Source: an uncultured delta proteobacterium (GTDB lineage: Bacteria > Desulfobacterota > Binatia > UBA9968). From it: a DNA stretch of 64,000 bases. Positions 9,603 through 18,855 of this stretch are shown here, one piece after another. Under the pieces are notes generated by a model that was not told the origin of the DNA, did not search any database, and worked only from the letters and a program-made list of their open reading frames with translations. How positions within the stretch are numbered: position 1 is the first letter of the stretch; each line of letters starts with the position of its first letter. The stretch spans positions 416,001-480,000 of the forward strand of contig CAVUZH010000013.1 in the NCBI GenBank assembly GCA_963745835.1, given 5' to 3'. The translations under genes and the position numbers were made by a program.

Positions 9603-10859
9603 ATGTCTCGTGCCACGCCCTCCACAGGGGATACCATTACTCCCGAGGAAGGATGGCTCTTACAACGAGAGAAACTCTTGGCTTGGCTCCGGGTGGCTTT
9701 CGCCATCGTTGCCGTAGTCGTCATACAGCTTAACCCTTCGCGCACGGCGCGCTTTCCGACACTTTCAGTTTTTTCCCTGTGGTCCTTCTTAGCCTATAGC
9801 CTATTTGTTTTAGAGTTAGTTCGGCGGCAAAAGGTAGCCTCCAAGAAGATTGGGATCATTACCGCTTGCTTTGATTCGGTATGGATTTTTTTGATCGTGT
9901 TTTCCACCGGTGGTACCCGAACGCCATTCTTTTTCTATTTCGCGTTCCCGATCCTCTCTGCAAGCCTACGCTGGGGAACCAAAGGAAGCGTCTTCGTCGC
10001 CTTGGTCGGGGTTACTCTCTATGGTTTGATCCGCTTTAGTATGGCTGCGGAAAGCTTTGAGACGCCGATGGGCATCGACACCTTGCTCGTGCGCAGCCTC
10101 TATCTCATCGTTCTAGCCTATATCTTTGGTTTTGTCAGCGAATTTGAGAAGAGGCAGAACCGAAGGCTGCTCGCGCTCTCCGACACAGCCATCAAGGCTG
10201 CGGCGATTCAGGAGAGGCGCAGAATCACATACGAACTCCACGATGGCATTCTGCAATCTCTAGCGACGATTATCCTCAGACTTGAAAGCTGCCGCAGCCG
10301 GCTTATCGACTCTCAAAAAGAGTTGCGCCGGGAAATCGAAGACATCGAAAATTTCACCAGAGACTCAATGACGGAAATCAGGAATTTTCTGGCCGGCAAA
10401 GAGACCCAGCCGTTAACCCCGGGAACGCTGATAGAAAAGCTTCGAGACGAACTGAAATTCCTCCAACAAAGCTTGGGATTGGAAGTCATCCTCGAGAGTA
10501 AACCAGAGGACCCGAGTCTGCCGCATCACATCGAGCGCGAGGTCTATTACGCTCTAAGGGAAGCATTGACCAACGTGACCAAACACTCGCATGCTTCTCG
10601 GGTTGAGATTCAAATCAGCCAGGGGCCAGACCTGCTCGAGGCTTCGCTGAAGGACAACGGTGTGGGATTTGATCAAGACAACCAGAAAAACCGCAGCCGA
10701 CTGGGTTTGTCGGGCATGGGAGACAGAATAAAAAAGATCGGGGGACAACTAAGCATAAAGTCATCCCCCGGTTTAGGGACTACGGTTATGTTCGCAATCC
10801 CCCTGGTTGAAACAAAAAAATCTATCGAAGGGTCAATCGAAACATTGTCAGACAATTAA
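9603..10859 (+). CDS. membrane sensor histidine kinase (HisKA_3 type)
   Basis: Multi-TM N-terminus with no large periplasmic loop, ERRRITYELHDGILQSL H-box, EALTNVTKH, DNGVGF, GLSGM. Confidence 0.92.
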   Translation: MSRATPSTGDTITPEEGWLLQREKLLAWLRVAFAIVAVVVIQLNPSRTARFPTLSVFSLWSFLAYSLFVLELVRRQKVASKKIGIITACFDSVWIFLIVFSTGGTRTPFFFYFAFPILSASLRWGTKGSVFVALVGVTLYGLIRFSMAAESFETPMGIDTLLVRSLYLIVLAYIFGFVSEFEKRQNRRLLALSDTAIKAAAIQERRRITYELHDGILQSLATIILRLESCRSRLIDSQKELRREIEDIENFTRDSMTEIRNFLAGKETQPLTPGTLIEKLRDELKFLQQSLGLEVILESKPEDPSLPHHIEREVYYALREALTNVTKHSHASRVEIQISQGPDLLEASLKDNGVGFDQDNQKNRSRLGLSGMGDRIKKIGGQLSIKSSPGLGTTVMFAIPLVETKKSIEGSIETLSDN

Positions 10860-10941
10860 ATAAACGGGCGCGAACTCGTGACTCACTTGGACTTGCGCAA
10901 GAACTTATTCAAGGGAGAAACCAGCCAATCTTTCTCGGTAC

Positions 10942-11307
10942 TTAATCCCCACCCTTCTTAACTACGTACTCAATGCCACTGAGATAGTTTTTGTCACCTT
11001 TCTTGGTGTATTGGACCGAAGCCGCCGAACCTAGGCCGACATCCGCCATCTTCGCAGGCTTCGGCACCAGCTGTGTAACCTTGGTCTTTTCGTTGAAGTC
11101 CACTGTCACCAACTTGCCGTCTTTGGTAACGACAATCATATAGTTCTTCTCGGTATCCAATAGCCCGATATCGCCCGCAACCTTTTCGGCCTTAGCTTTT
11201 TCTGTCTTGCCCTTTTCTGCATTCTTTTCCTGGGCCGCTATGGGAAACGCGACAATTAACACTATGAAAATTCCCAAACCAAACATGCTCTTCGATCCAA
11301 GTCTCAT
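10942..11307 (-). CDS. exported small OB-fold-like protein, soluble paralog 2
   Basis: Signal peptide (…PIAA|QE), domain nearly identical to 7746..8132, ends KKGGD; GGAGGAGG RBS. Confidence 0.75.
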   Translation of the reverse strand: MRLGSKSMFGLGIFIVLIVAFPIAAQEKNAEKGKTEKAKAEKVAGDIGLLDTEKNYMIVVTKDGKLVTVDFNEKTKVTQLVPKPAKMADVGLGSAASVQYTKKGDKNYLSGIEYVVKKGGD

Positions 11308-11340
11308 AAAATCCTCCTCCTTCGCTCGTTCACACGATGA

Positions 11341-11779
11341 TTAATCGCCACCTTTGGCGGCTTTGAATTCGACCCCGGTGGCGATATTCTTGTCTTTCTG
11401 TTTTGTATATGTGACCGTCGCTGACGAGCCGAGACCTACATCCGCGATCTTAGCGGGGGTTGGAGTCACTTCCGTCACTTTGGTTTTTTGATCGAAATCC
11501 AACGTGACCAGCTTGCCTTCTTTGGTCACGAGAATCAGATAGTTCTTCTCGGTATCGATGAGGCCAATATCTCCTTTAGCTTTTTCGGCCTTAACTTTAG
11601 CCTCAGCCTTTGCCTCGTTTTTGGTTCCGTTATCCGTCTTAGCTGCTGCAGCTTTGGCTGTAGGTGGAACGGGGCGTTGTCGTTGGTTTGGCTACCCGCT
11701 CTTCTTGAGTTGAGCACGATGCCAGAGCTAACAGCATAGCCCAGGCGGTGACTCCAGTTACCGGAAACACACTTTTCAT
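11341..11779 (-). CDS. lipoprotein with OB-fold-like domain, lipid-anchored paralog 2 (apparent +1 frameshift at 11671-11674)
   Basis: MKSVFPVTGVTAWAMLLALAS|CSTQEE… from ATG 11779 with GGAGG RBS. Removing one G from the G4 run (439 = 438+1 nt) joins it to …EKAKGDIGLIDTEKNYLIL…AAKGGD. Confidence 0.72.
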
Positions 11780-11798
11780 CTTTCTATCCTCCCGTTTG

Positions 11799-11860
11799 TC
11801 AGACTAAAGTCGAATGAGTAAACCATTAGTCGTATACTTTACGATGTGATGCCTTGTCAA
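11799..11860 (-). promoter_or_regulatory. sigma70-like promoter (TTGACA-N18-TATACG) with downstream operator-like site TCAGACTAAAGTCGAA
   Basis: Perfect -35 at 11855-11860 (minus strand), -10-like element at 11831-11836, motif at 11799-11814. Confidence 0.45.
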
Positions 11861-12114
11861 GCGATTAAGGTAAACTCTAAGGAATTTTCGCGACGTCCGA
11901 GCGCGGCAAGCGCCGGGCCTAGGCTACGGGCGGAAATGTGAGCTGGCTTACGTTTAAACCAGACGACGATGGGGATGGGCGATGAATGTTAGTTCGACAG
12001 TTTGACGCGGCACCGAAGTCTCGGCTTCTTGCGATCTGCTTTAAAAGTTTACTCAGGATCTTCGCCTATAAGCCAGGGCTCTTCTCGGTTCGAAAAAGCG
12101 TATAGACAGGCAGC

Positions 12115-12408
12115 TCAAAATGGAGGCTTTTTTTCGCAACAGTTAGGATGCCCAGGGCCTTGGCCGGCCCAGGCACCGATCTCAATCGCGTCTAGCGGCT
12201 CGATGAAGAAGGGAATGGGATCGACGTCGGGATTGTTGTCCAAAATTTCATCGCGAATGTTTTGATAAATTTGTTGATCTCTTTTGCCTCTGTCGATGAA
12301 CTGCAGGCGGTACCCGTCGGACGCGCTTGATACCATGGACAACAGCAGCGAGATTACCAGCTGTTTGAAATAATTAGCAAATGTGCCGCCGGCATCATTT
12401 TGAGACAC
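12115..12408 (-). CDS. small hypothetical protein (start uncertain)
   Basis: 97-aa ORF with protein-like acidic composition, directly after the porin terminator; no recognisable family. Confidence 0.3.
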   Translation of the reverse strand: MSQNDAGGTFANYFKQLVISLLLSMVSSASDGYRLQFIDRGKRDQQIYQNIRDEILDNNPDVDPIPFFIEPLDAIEIGAWAGQGPGHPNCCEKKPPF

Positions 12409-12441
12409 AAAAAAGGGGAGTCATTTCTGACTCCCCTTTTT
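12409..12441. terminator. rho-independent terminator of the porin gene
   Basis: AAAAAAGGGGAGTCA-TTTC-TGACTCCCCTTTTT hairpin about 20 nt after the porin stop. Confidence 0.85.
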
Positions 12442-12462
12442 CGTTGCGAGCGGTTACACGTC

Positions 12463-13990
12463 CTAGAACGTGTAGCGCCAGTTTAGGAACAGTGTCTGCC
12501 AGTCGCCGCCTTTACCGTTTCTGCAACCAGTAGCAGGGGTAACATTCGGCGTATTGCAAACTCCGAGATTATGCGCGGCCTGGTTGGCCCCGTTACGCAA
12601 GTTCGACGCATCGTACCACAGCCAGTTGACACCGATGCTCATGCGCGGCGCCAGAAAGTACCACAGATCCACTTCCCGCAGGAGGATCCTGTTGCGGTGA
12701 AATTGATTCAGCATCGCATTTCCGCCCGCAGCCACGACGCTGGCGCAGGTGATCCCGGTATTGCCATTACAACCCGCTTCCATGTCAACGCGCTCGAAGT
12801 GGGTGCCGACTAGAATCGATCCCGCGGTATTGGCAGAGCCTGTCAGGAAACCCTTGGGGCTCCACAGAAAGAGATCATGACCGATCAACCAGCTGTCACC
12901 TTTCTTATGTCCTCGCGTTCCGCCCCGGTCTTCACTTCTCTGGCGATGCGCCATGGCGCGCAACGTATAGGGACCGATGTTCCAGATAAAGCCGGGGGTT
13001 AGGCCGATATGAAGCCCATCGCCAATGGAGCCGGCGCCAGTATCAAACAATGCCTGGCGACCGCCATCGCCATGATCCTGAATGCGGTAGCGGTCGCAGC
13101 CATTATCAATTGCCCTATTATCGGCGTTACAGAACCACGCGCCCATTTCAAAGGCCAGGCCGCGGAGCCAGACGCTTTTAAGTTGCGAGAAGGGCTGAAT
13201 ATTAAGGTAAGCATTAAAGTCCTTGCGATCGGTAAAGCTGCTCAAGCCGTCGTCACCCTCACCGATATTGCCCATGCCAAGGTTGAAACGGCTGATCCGG
13301 CCGGGAATGCCGATGCCCGACAGTGACCTGTCGTCCCAGAAGAGTGAGATACCATTGCCGGTGCGGCCGGTGTTGAAACCGTTGTTGCGCGTATGCAAAT
13401 CATATTCAGCCTGCGAGCCCATTGCGCTGGACCCCTGGCGCGCGGTGCTCATGCTGTTCTGGACCTCCATGCCCAGCTGCACCGTCGGCAAAAATGGATT
13501 CAGGTTTTCGAGATGGAAATTAATAACGCCACGCTGCAATATGGAACCGACATCGTCACCGGTGGCATTCTTCGCATTGCCCGTGCCGAAACCATCCATA
13601 TCAATAGTGGCCTCGAGCTCCCACAAGCAGTTGTTGATGCAGAAGAAGAACCCCGGCCGGAAACGGCGGCCCATGATCTCGCCGTTGGTGCGCCCTACAT
13701 GACTGCGTCCTTCTTCGAAAAGCATCCGAAAATAAGTTTCCAACGGTTGCACGGAAAGACCATGACTTGTCCGCGGCTTCGATATCGAGACCGTTACCCG
13801 GGCGATAACTAAAAGTCGGCATCGCTGCTGCCGCTTCAGTTGCCTCCTTCTTCAATTCGATCTGCTGCTCTTTTAACTGCATCAGCTCTTGCTCAAGCGC
13901 TTGGATCTTTTGATCCACATTTTGCGCAAGGGCGGGGACAGCCAAAAGAAATGCAGAGAGCATTCCCAAGCCCAAAAACGTCTTCTTCAT
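12463..13990 (-). CDS. outer-membrane beta-barrel porin, OprO/OprP-like architecture (apparent +1 frameshift at 13745-13746)
   Basis: Signal peptide and short coiled coil (MKKTFLG…AQNVDQKIQALEQEL) in one frame; amphipathic strands ending …FLNWRYTF (C-terminal Phe) in another. 1528 = 1527+1 nt, so one-base removal gives ~508 aa. Confidence 0.75.
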
Positions 13991-14047
13991 TTTACCTCCT
14001 TTTGCCTCCTGGTTTTTGTGGTACATCGTTAGTACTACTGACCGCGA

Positions 14048-14089
14048 CTTTTAACTTACTCACCAAACCCTGTCAAGCCTAAAGTTGTA
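14048..14089 (-). promoter_or_regulatory. sigma70-like porin promoter (TTGACA-N17-TAAAAG) with overlapping site CAAGCCTAAAGTTGTA
   Basis: -35 at 14071-14076 and -10 at 14048-14053 on the minus strand; motif 14074-14089 overlaps the -35. Confidence 0.5.
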
Positions 14090-14314
14090 CTTTAGCGAAT
14101 GCCGTAGGTCAGTGATTAATACATAAGTAGTTAATTGGCAGTATAGGTCGGAGGCCACGATCCGCAGTCGGCTCGGGCCAAAGCTTTAGGTCTCCAGTCG
14201 CCTGCGGAATCGCTCCGGGGGCTGAGACATAGGATTGTCCTGACTCACGGCTATTCAACATCTATTTTTTTAACGCGTTGAGATTTCATTACCTGCCGGT
14301 TAGAGTCGGCTAGT

Positions 14315-15070
14315 ATGCTGGCCAAAAGAATCATCCCCTGTCTGGATGTGAATGAAGGAAGAGTTGTCAAAGGCGTGAACTTTTTGGAACTTCGCGACGC
14401 CGGAGATCCGGTTGAGATTGCCCGTCAGTACGACAAAGAAGGAGCAGATGAACTTTGCTTTCTCGATATAACGGCGTCGCACCAACAGCGAAGAATCATC
14501 CTCGATGTCGTCGCGCGAACTGCCGAACAGGTTTTCATGCCTCTCACCGTTGGCGGTGGGATCAACTCCTTGGAAGATATTCGCAATTTGTTACATGCCG
14601 GCGCCGATAAGGTTTCGATCAACACGGGAGCAGTCAATCGTCCGGAATTTGTTCGAGAGGCGGCGGAAGTATTCGGCAGCCAGTGCATCGTCGTTGCCAT
14701 TGATGCCAAGCGGGTTGACGATCATTGGGAGGTCTTCACTCACGGCGGAAGGAACCCCACAGGATTGGATGCCAGTGAGTGGGCCGAGCGGATGGAAAAA
14801 TTCGGCGCAGGAGAGATTCTTCTTACCAGCATGGACCGCGACGGCACCAAAGCCGGTTACGATCTTGGCTTGACCCGGGCGATTTCAGACCGTCTGTCGA
14901 TTCCCGTGATCGCCTCGGGCGGCGTAGGAAACTTGGATCACATTTACCAGGGATTTGCCGAGGGAAATGCCAGCGCGGCGTTAGCCGCCTCAATCTTTCA
15001 CTACCGGGAATACTCAGTGGGAGAATGCAAGAAGTATTTGCGCAGCCGCGGCATTCCCGTGCGGCTATGA
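14315..15070 (+). CDS. hisF: imidazole glycerol phosphate synthase cyclase subunit
   Basis: [53 protein letters not shown]. Confidence 0.97.
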   Translation: MLAKRIIPCLDVNEGRVVKGVNFLELRDAGDPVEIARQYDKEGADELCFLDITASHQQRRIILDVVARTAEQVFMPLTVGGGINSLEDIRNLLHAGADKVSINTGAVNRPEFVREAAEVFGSQCIVVAIDAKRVDDHWEVFTHGGRNPTGLDASEWAERMEKFGAGEILLTSMDRDGTKAGYDLGLTRAISDRLSIPVIASGGVGNLDHIYQGFAEGNASAALAASIFHYREYSVGECKKYLRSRGIPVRL

Positions 15071-15192
15071 ATCGCTACCGGGTCTTCACACGTTAATTCC
15101 ACTGTTCTATTTGCCTCCTTAACAGGAACCGGACGCCTTAAGCGGCTCTTTGGTCGAACCAGGAGGCGATGTCTTACTAGTCCAGAGTGTTG

Positions 15193-15564
15193 CTAGTCCA
15201 GAGCAAGAATGAAATAGCCAATTATCGCGATCCCAAACACTGCTAGGAGCACATTAGTATATGCGCCTATATTGACCCAGTATCCCTCTGGAATTTCAAC
15301 CGGCTTGAGAGTCTTTAGCACGCTTCGGTACTGAAGCACGGAAAGCACGGCCACCACGACGCCAAAGAGAATGAAAGAAGCACCTACCCAGAATGATCCG
15401 TTTCGCCGCACATGATCGCCTTGAGCTAAAAGGAACATGTGCAGAAAAAGCCCGAAGCGCTCAATGGCAAACCCAAAGGCCATCAATGCAACCGCCGTAC
15501 GCGTCCACGCCATTAGAGTGCGTTCAGCGGCGAAGAACACTCTCGGATCATTCAAGTCGGACAT
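15193..15564 (-). CDS. DUF202/YidH-family inner-membrane protein
   Basis: DPRVFFAAERTLMAWTRT motif, three TM helices. Confidence 0.85.
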   Translation of the reverse strand: MSDLNDPRVFFAAERTLMAWTRTAVALMAFGFAIERFGLFLHMFLLAQGDHVRRNGSFWVGASFILFGVVVAVLSVLQYRSVLKTLKPVEIPEGYWVNIGAYTNVLLAVFGIAIIGYFILALD

Positions 15565-15873
15565 ATCTCGCCCTAATAGATTTCAATTGATAGGGATAAG
15601 TTCGTGAATGCTCAAACGTGACTGGTCAATCCGCTCCGATTGCGACGGCTATCCGCCGGGATTTATGCAGCCCGCAAAATCATACTGCCGCGAACTGTAG
15701 CACGTAGGGCCACTTCAGATGCAGCGACTTCTTACGCCGTTACCTGGTACATGTCGCCAGGCAAATATCGTGTCTCGTTCTCCGTTGCGCCCATAGATCT
15801 TTTCATTGACATACCCGACATTGGAACTTACTCGGATAAAGATCTAGGAACTTCCGATCTAAAGCCGTCCAGT

Positions 15874-17067
15874 TTAGAAGAGCATGCGCTTTCTCGGCGG
15901 GTCAAAAAAAGGCGGCTTCACTGTAGAAACTCTTACTTTTTTTCGCTCGTACTCCACCGTCGTTTCCATCTGGAGCATGGTTCCGGGCTTTGCGTGTTCG
16001 CTCTTGATGGTTGCCAAGGCGATGTATTTTTTCACACTCGGCGACCACGCGCCTGTGGTCGCTTGTCCGACCTGAAGATCGTCCTTGTAAAGCGGAATGC
16101 CGCCTCTCCAAGCGGCTGCTGGGACATGCGGCGGAAGTCCCACCTTCTGATAGAGCTCTTCGTAATGGCGCCAATCGACCTCTACTCCGGTAATCTGACG
16201 TGGCGCATCCTTGCCGTCCGAATGATGTAGCTGCTTGCTACCGACAAAAAAATTCTTGGCAAGATCCACCGTCCAGCCCAGACCAATCTCGAACGGAGAG
16301 TATTTCTGCGACTCAATGAGCGCCTTTTCCGCGCCGACATAGTCGACTTCGAGCAAAATGAAACCCGCTTCGAGCCGAGCGACATCGAGCGCTAGCATTC
16401 CCGCTGCTTTGAGGCCGTAGGGCTTGCCTTTATCGGTGAGGACGTCCCATACACGCTCTGCATCAGCGGCAGGCAGCCATATTTCATATCCGAGGTCACC
16501 AGTGTAACCGGTGCGGGAAATGGTGACCGGAACTCCGGCGAAATCGGCTGGCCTTAAGCGGAAGAACTTCAACTTACCCAGATCGGCATCGACAATCTGG
16601 GTAAGAATTTTCAAGGCATTGGGTCCCTGCAACGCAAGCGCCGCTATCCGCTCCGATACTTCCTCGATTGAAACCGACATCCCTCCGGCGTTGAGTTTCA
16701 GCCAACGCAGAGCGGGGTCGGCCAAGTGAAAACGAAACTGATCCTCACCCAACCGAAACACCGTGCCGTCCTGGATGACCTTTCCTTCGCCGTCACACAA
16801 GCAACCATAAACGGCCTGCCCTACGGCGCATTTGGCAACGTCTCGCGTGATCACCCGATTGACCAGCTTCAATGCATCTTTGCCCCGGACTTCGTATTTG
16901 AACAGCGGTGAGATATCGATCAGCCCAGCGGTGTTTCGTATCGCGTGATATTCGTAATCGTGCACCACATCATACGAGCTGGCCGCGAAGTATCCCGACC
17001 AGGTGCGCCAATTCTGACTGATGCAGAGCGCGGACGTACGTGAGTGGAAAGGAGTTCCAATGGGCAT
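15874..17067 (-). CDS. aminomethyltransferase (GcvT-like folate-binding) family protein
   Basis: AGLIDISPL, DGTV, ALQGP, RTGYTGDLGYE, RLEAG, PFFDP; no gcvH or gcvP nearby. Confidence 0.85.
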   Translation of the reverse strand: MPIGTPFHSRTSALCISQNWRTWSGYFAASSYDVVHDYEYHAIRNTAGLIDISPLFKYEVRGKDALKLVNRVITRDVAKCAVGQAVYGCLCDGEGKVIQDGTVFRLGEDQFRFHLADPALRWLKLNAGGMSVSIEEVSERIAALALQGPNALKILTQIVDADLGKLKFFRLRPADFAGVPVTISRTGYTGDLGYEIWLPAADAERVWDVLTDKGKPYGLKAAGMLALDVARLEAGFILLEVDYVGAEKALIESQKYSPFEIGLGWTVDLAKNFFVGSKQLHHSDGKDAPRQITGVEVDWRHYEELYQKVGLPPHVPAAAWRGGIPLYKDDLQVGQATTGAWSPSVKKYIALATIKSEHAKPGTMLQMETTVEYERKKVRVSTVKPPFFDPPRKRMLF

Positions 17068-17259
17068 GGGAAGTAGGGACAGGTAATTGCGGCCGAGAAG
17101 GATAGTCGCTGATACGATCGCGCTTAACTTCGAGCGTTGTTAATCCAATCTAATCGATGCTTCTTCGCCTACTCTCCGTCTCCAAGGCCTGTGAATTAAG
17201 TCGGCTCGTTGACTTCGTAGAGAAATTACCAAATATGTTCGTTTAAGCAAATCAATAAA

Positions 17260-18849
17260 ATGACGACTTACGATGCGATTATCATTGGCGGCGGCCATAA
17301 CGGTCTTGCTGCGGCCGCTTATCTTGCCAAAGCCGGAAAAAAAGTGCTGGTGTTGGAGCGCCGCCATGTCCTGGGTGGAGCCGCGGTTACCGAAGAACTC
17401 TATCCCGGTTTCAAATATTCCGTCTGCTCCTACGTAGTAAGCCTATTGCGGCCGGAGGTGATCCAGGAGCTCGAGCTGCCCAGATATGATCTCGAGATCA
17501 TTCCTCTGGATAGCACGTTTACGCCGATGCCCAACGGCGACTATCTAGCCCGCTGGGGCGATCATGCCAGGACACGTCGTGAGATCGCGCGTCATTCCGC
17601 CATCGATGCGGAAGCCTACGAAGAGTACGGCAAGCTCATGGTGCAGATGGCCATGGCGATCAAACCGATGCTTGGCCTGATTCCTCCTGAGCCGACTTCG
17701 TGGAACCCCAAAGAGCTTTATGGACTGGCATCGCTGGGCAATCATTTTCGCCGGCTCGGTGACAAACTAATCTATGACCTTGCAAAGCTCATGACCATGA
17801 GCTCCGCCGATTTTCTTGACGAGTGGTTTGAGACCGAAGTGCTCAAGGCCACCATGTCCGCCAGCGGCATCATCGGTACTTTCATGGGGCCAAGATCACC
17901 GGGCACAGCCTACGTGCTGCTGCACCACTACATGGGTGAGCTCGACGGCGCGTTTCGATCCTGGGGTTTTGCCCGAGGCGGCACTGGTTCCATCAGCCGT
18001 GTGATCGCCGAGGCGGCGCGCCACTATGGCGCAGAGATCAGAACCCAGGCTCCGGTCGATCAAGTGCTAATTAAAAACGGCCGAGCGGTCGGCGTAGCGC
18101 TCAGCACAGGCGAGGAGATTCAAGCGAAGGTAATTGTCTCCAGCGTGGATCCGAAACGAACTTTCTTGAAGATGATCGATTCCGGTCATCTGGAGACAGA
18201 GTTTTTAACCAAGATAAACCAGTTCAAAATTCGCGGCTCGTCGGCAAAGGTCAATCTCTCGCTTGATGCGCTGCCAAATTTCACCAGCCTCCCTGGTGAA
18301 GGACCCCATCTGTCGGGCGCGATCTCGATCAGCCCCAGTATCGAATACATCGAGCACGCCTACGACGATGCTAAGTACGGCGACTACTCACGACGTCCCT
18401 ATATGGACATCATTATTCCATCGACTCTGGATCCTTCGATGGCGCCGCCGGGTAAACATGTCATGTCCGTGTTCGTGCAGTATGCCCCTTATCATTTAAA
18501 AAGTGGGACTTGGGCCGATAAGCGCGAGCAATTCGGCGATACGGTGATAGACACGATTAGCGAATACGCTCCCAATCTAAAAAATATCATCTTGCATCGC
18601 CAAATCGTCACACCCTGGGATCTCGAGGAGGAATTCGGCCTCACCGAGGGAAACATCTTTCAGGGCGAGCTAACCCTCGACCAACTTTTCTTTCTAAGAC
18701 CGGTACCGGGTTGGAGCAAATACCGCACGCCGATTAAGAATCTCTACATGTGCGGCGCCTGTACGCATCCGGGTGGAGGAGTGATGGCCGCATCGGGCCG
18801 GTTGGCAGCACTTGAGATCTTAAAGGATGTAAAAAGGAGCTTCATCTAA
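17260..18849 (+). CDS. FAD-dependent oxidoreductase, phytoene desaturase/PYROXD2-like
   Basis: IIGGGHNGL Rossmann motif, LERR…GGA, APPGKHV, RTPIKNLYMCGACTHPGGGV. Confidence 0.88.
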   Translation: MTTYDAIIIGGGHNGLAAAAYLAKAGKKVLVLERRHVLGGAAVTEELYPGFKYSVCSYVVSLLRPEVIQELELPRYDLEIIPLDSTFTPMPNGDYLARWGDHARTRREIARHSAIDAEAYEEYGKLMVQMAMAIKPMLGLIPPEPTSWNPKELYGLASLGNHFRRLGDKLIYDLAKLMTMSSADFLDEWFETEVLKATMSASGIIGTFMGPRSPGTAYVLLHHYMGELDGAFRSWGFARGGTGSISRVIAEAARHYGAEIRTQAPVDQVLIKNGRAVGVALSTGEEIQAKVIVSSVDPKRTFLKMIDSGHLETEFLTKINQFKIRGSSAKVNLSLDALPNFTSLPGEGPHLSGAISISPSIEYIEHAYDDAKYGDYSRRPYMDIIIPSTLDPSMAPPGKHVMSVFVQYAPYHLKSGTWADKREQFGDTVIDTISEYAPNLKNIILHRQIVTPWDLEEEFGLTEGNIFQGELTLDQLFFLRPVPGWSKYRTPIKNLYMCGACTHPGGGVMAASGRLAALEILKDVKRSFI

Positions 18850-18855
18850 ACCGCC

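Noticed and set aside
15640-16230. 196-aa plus-strand ORF
   Set aside because: Mostly antisense to the GcvT-like gene, with no protein-like motifs.
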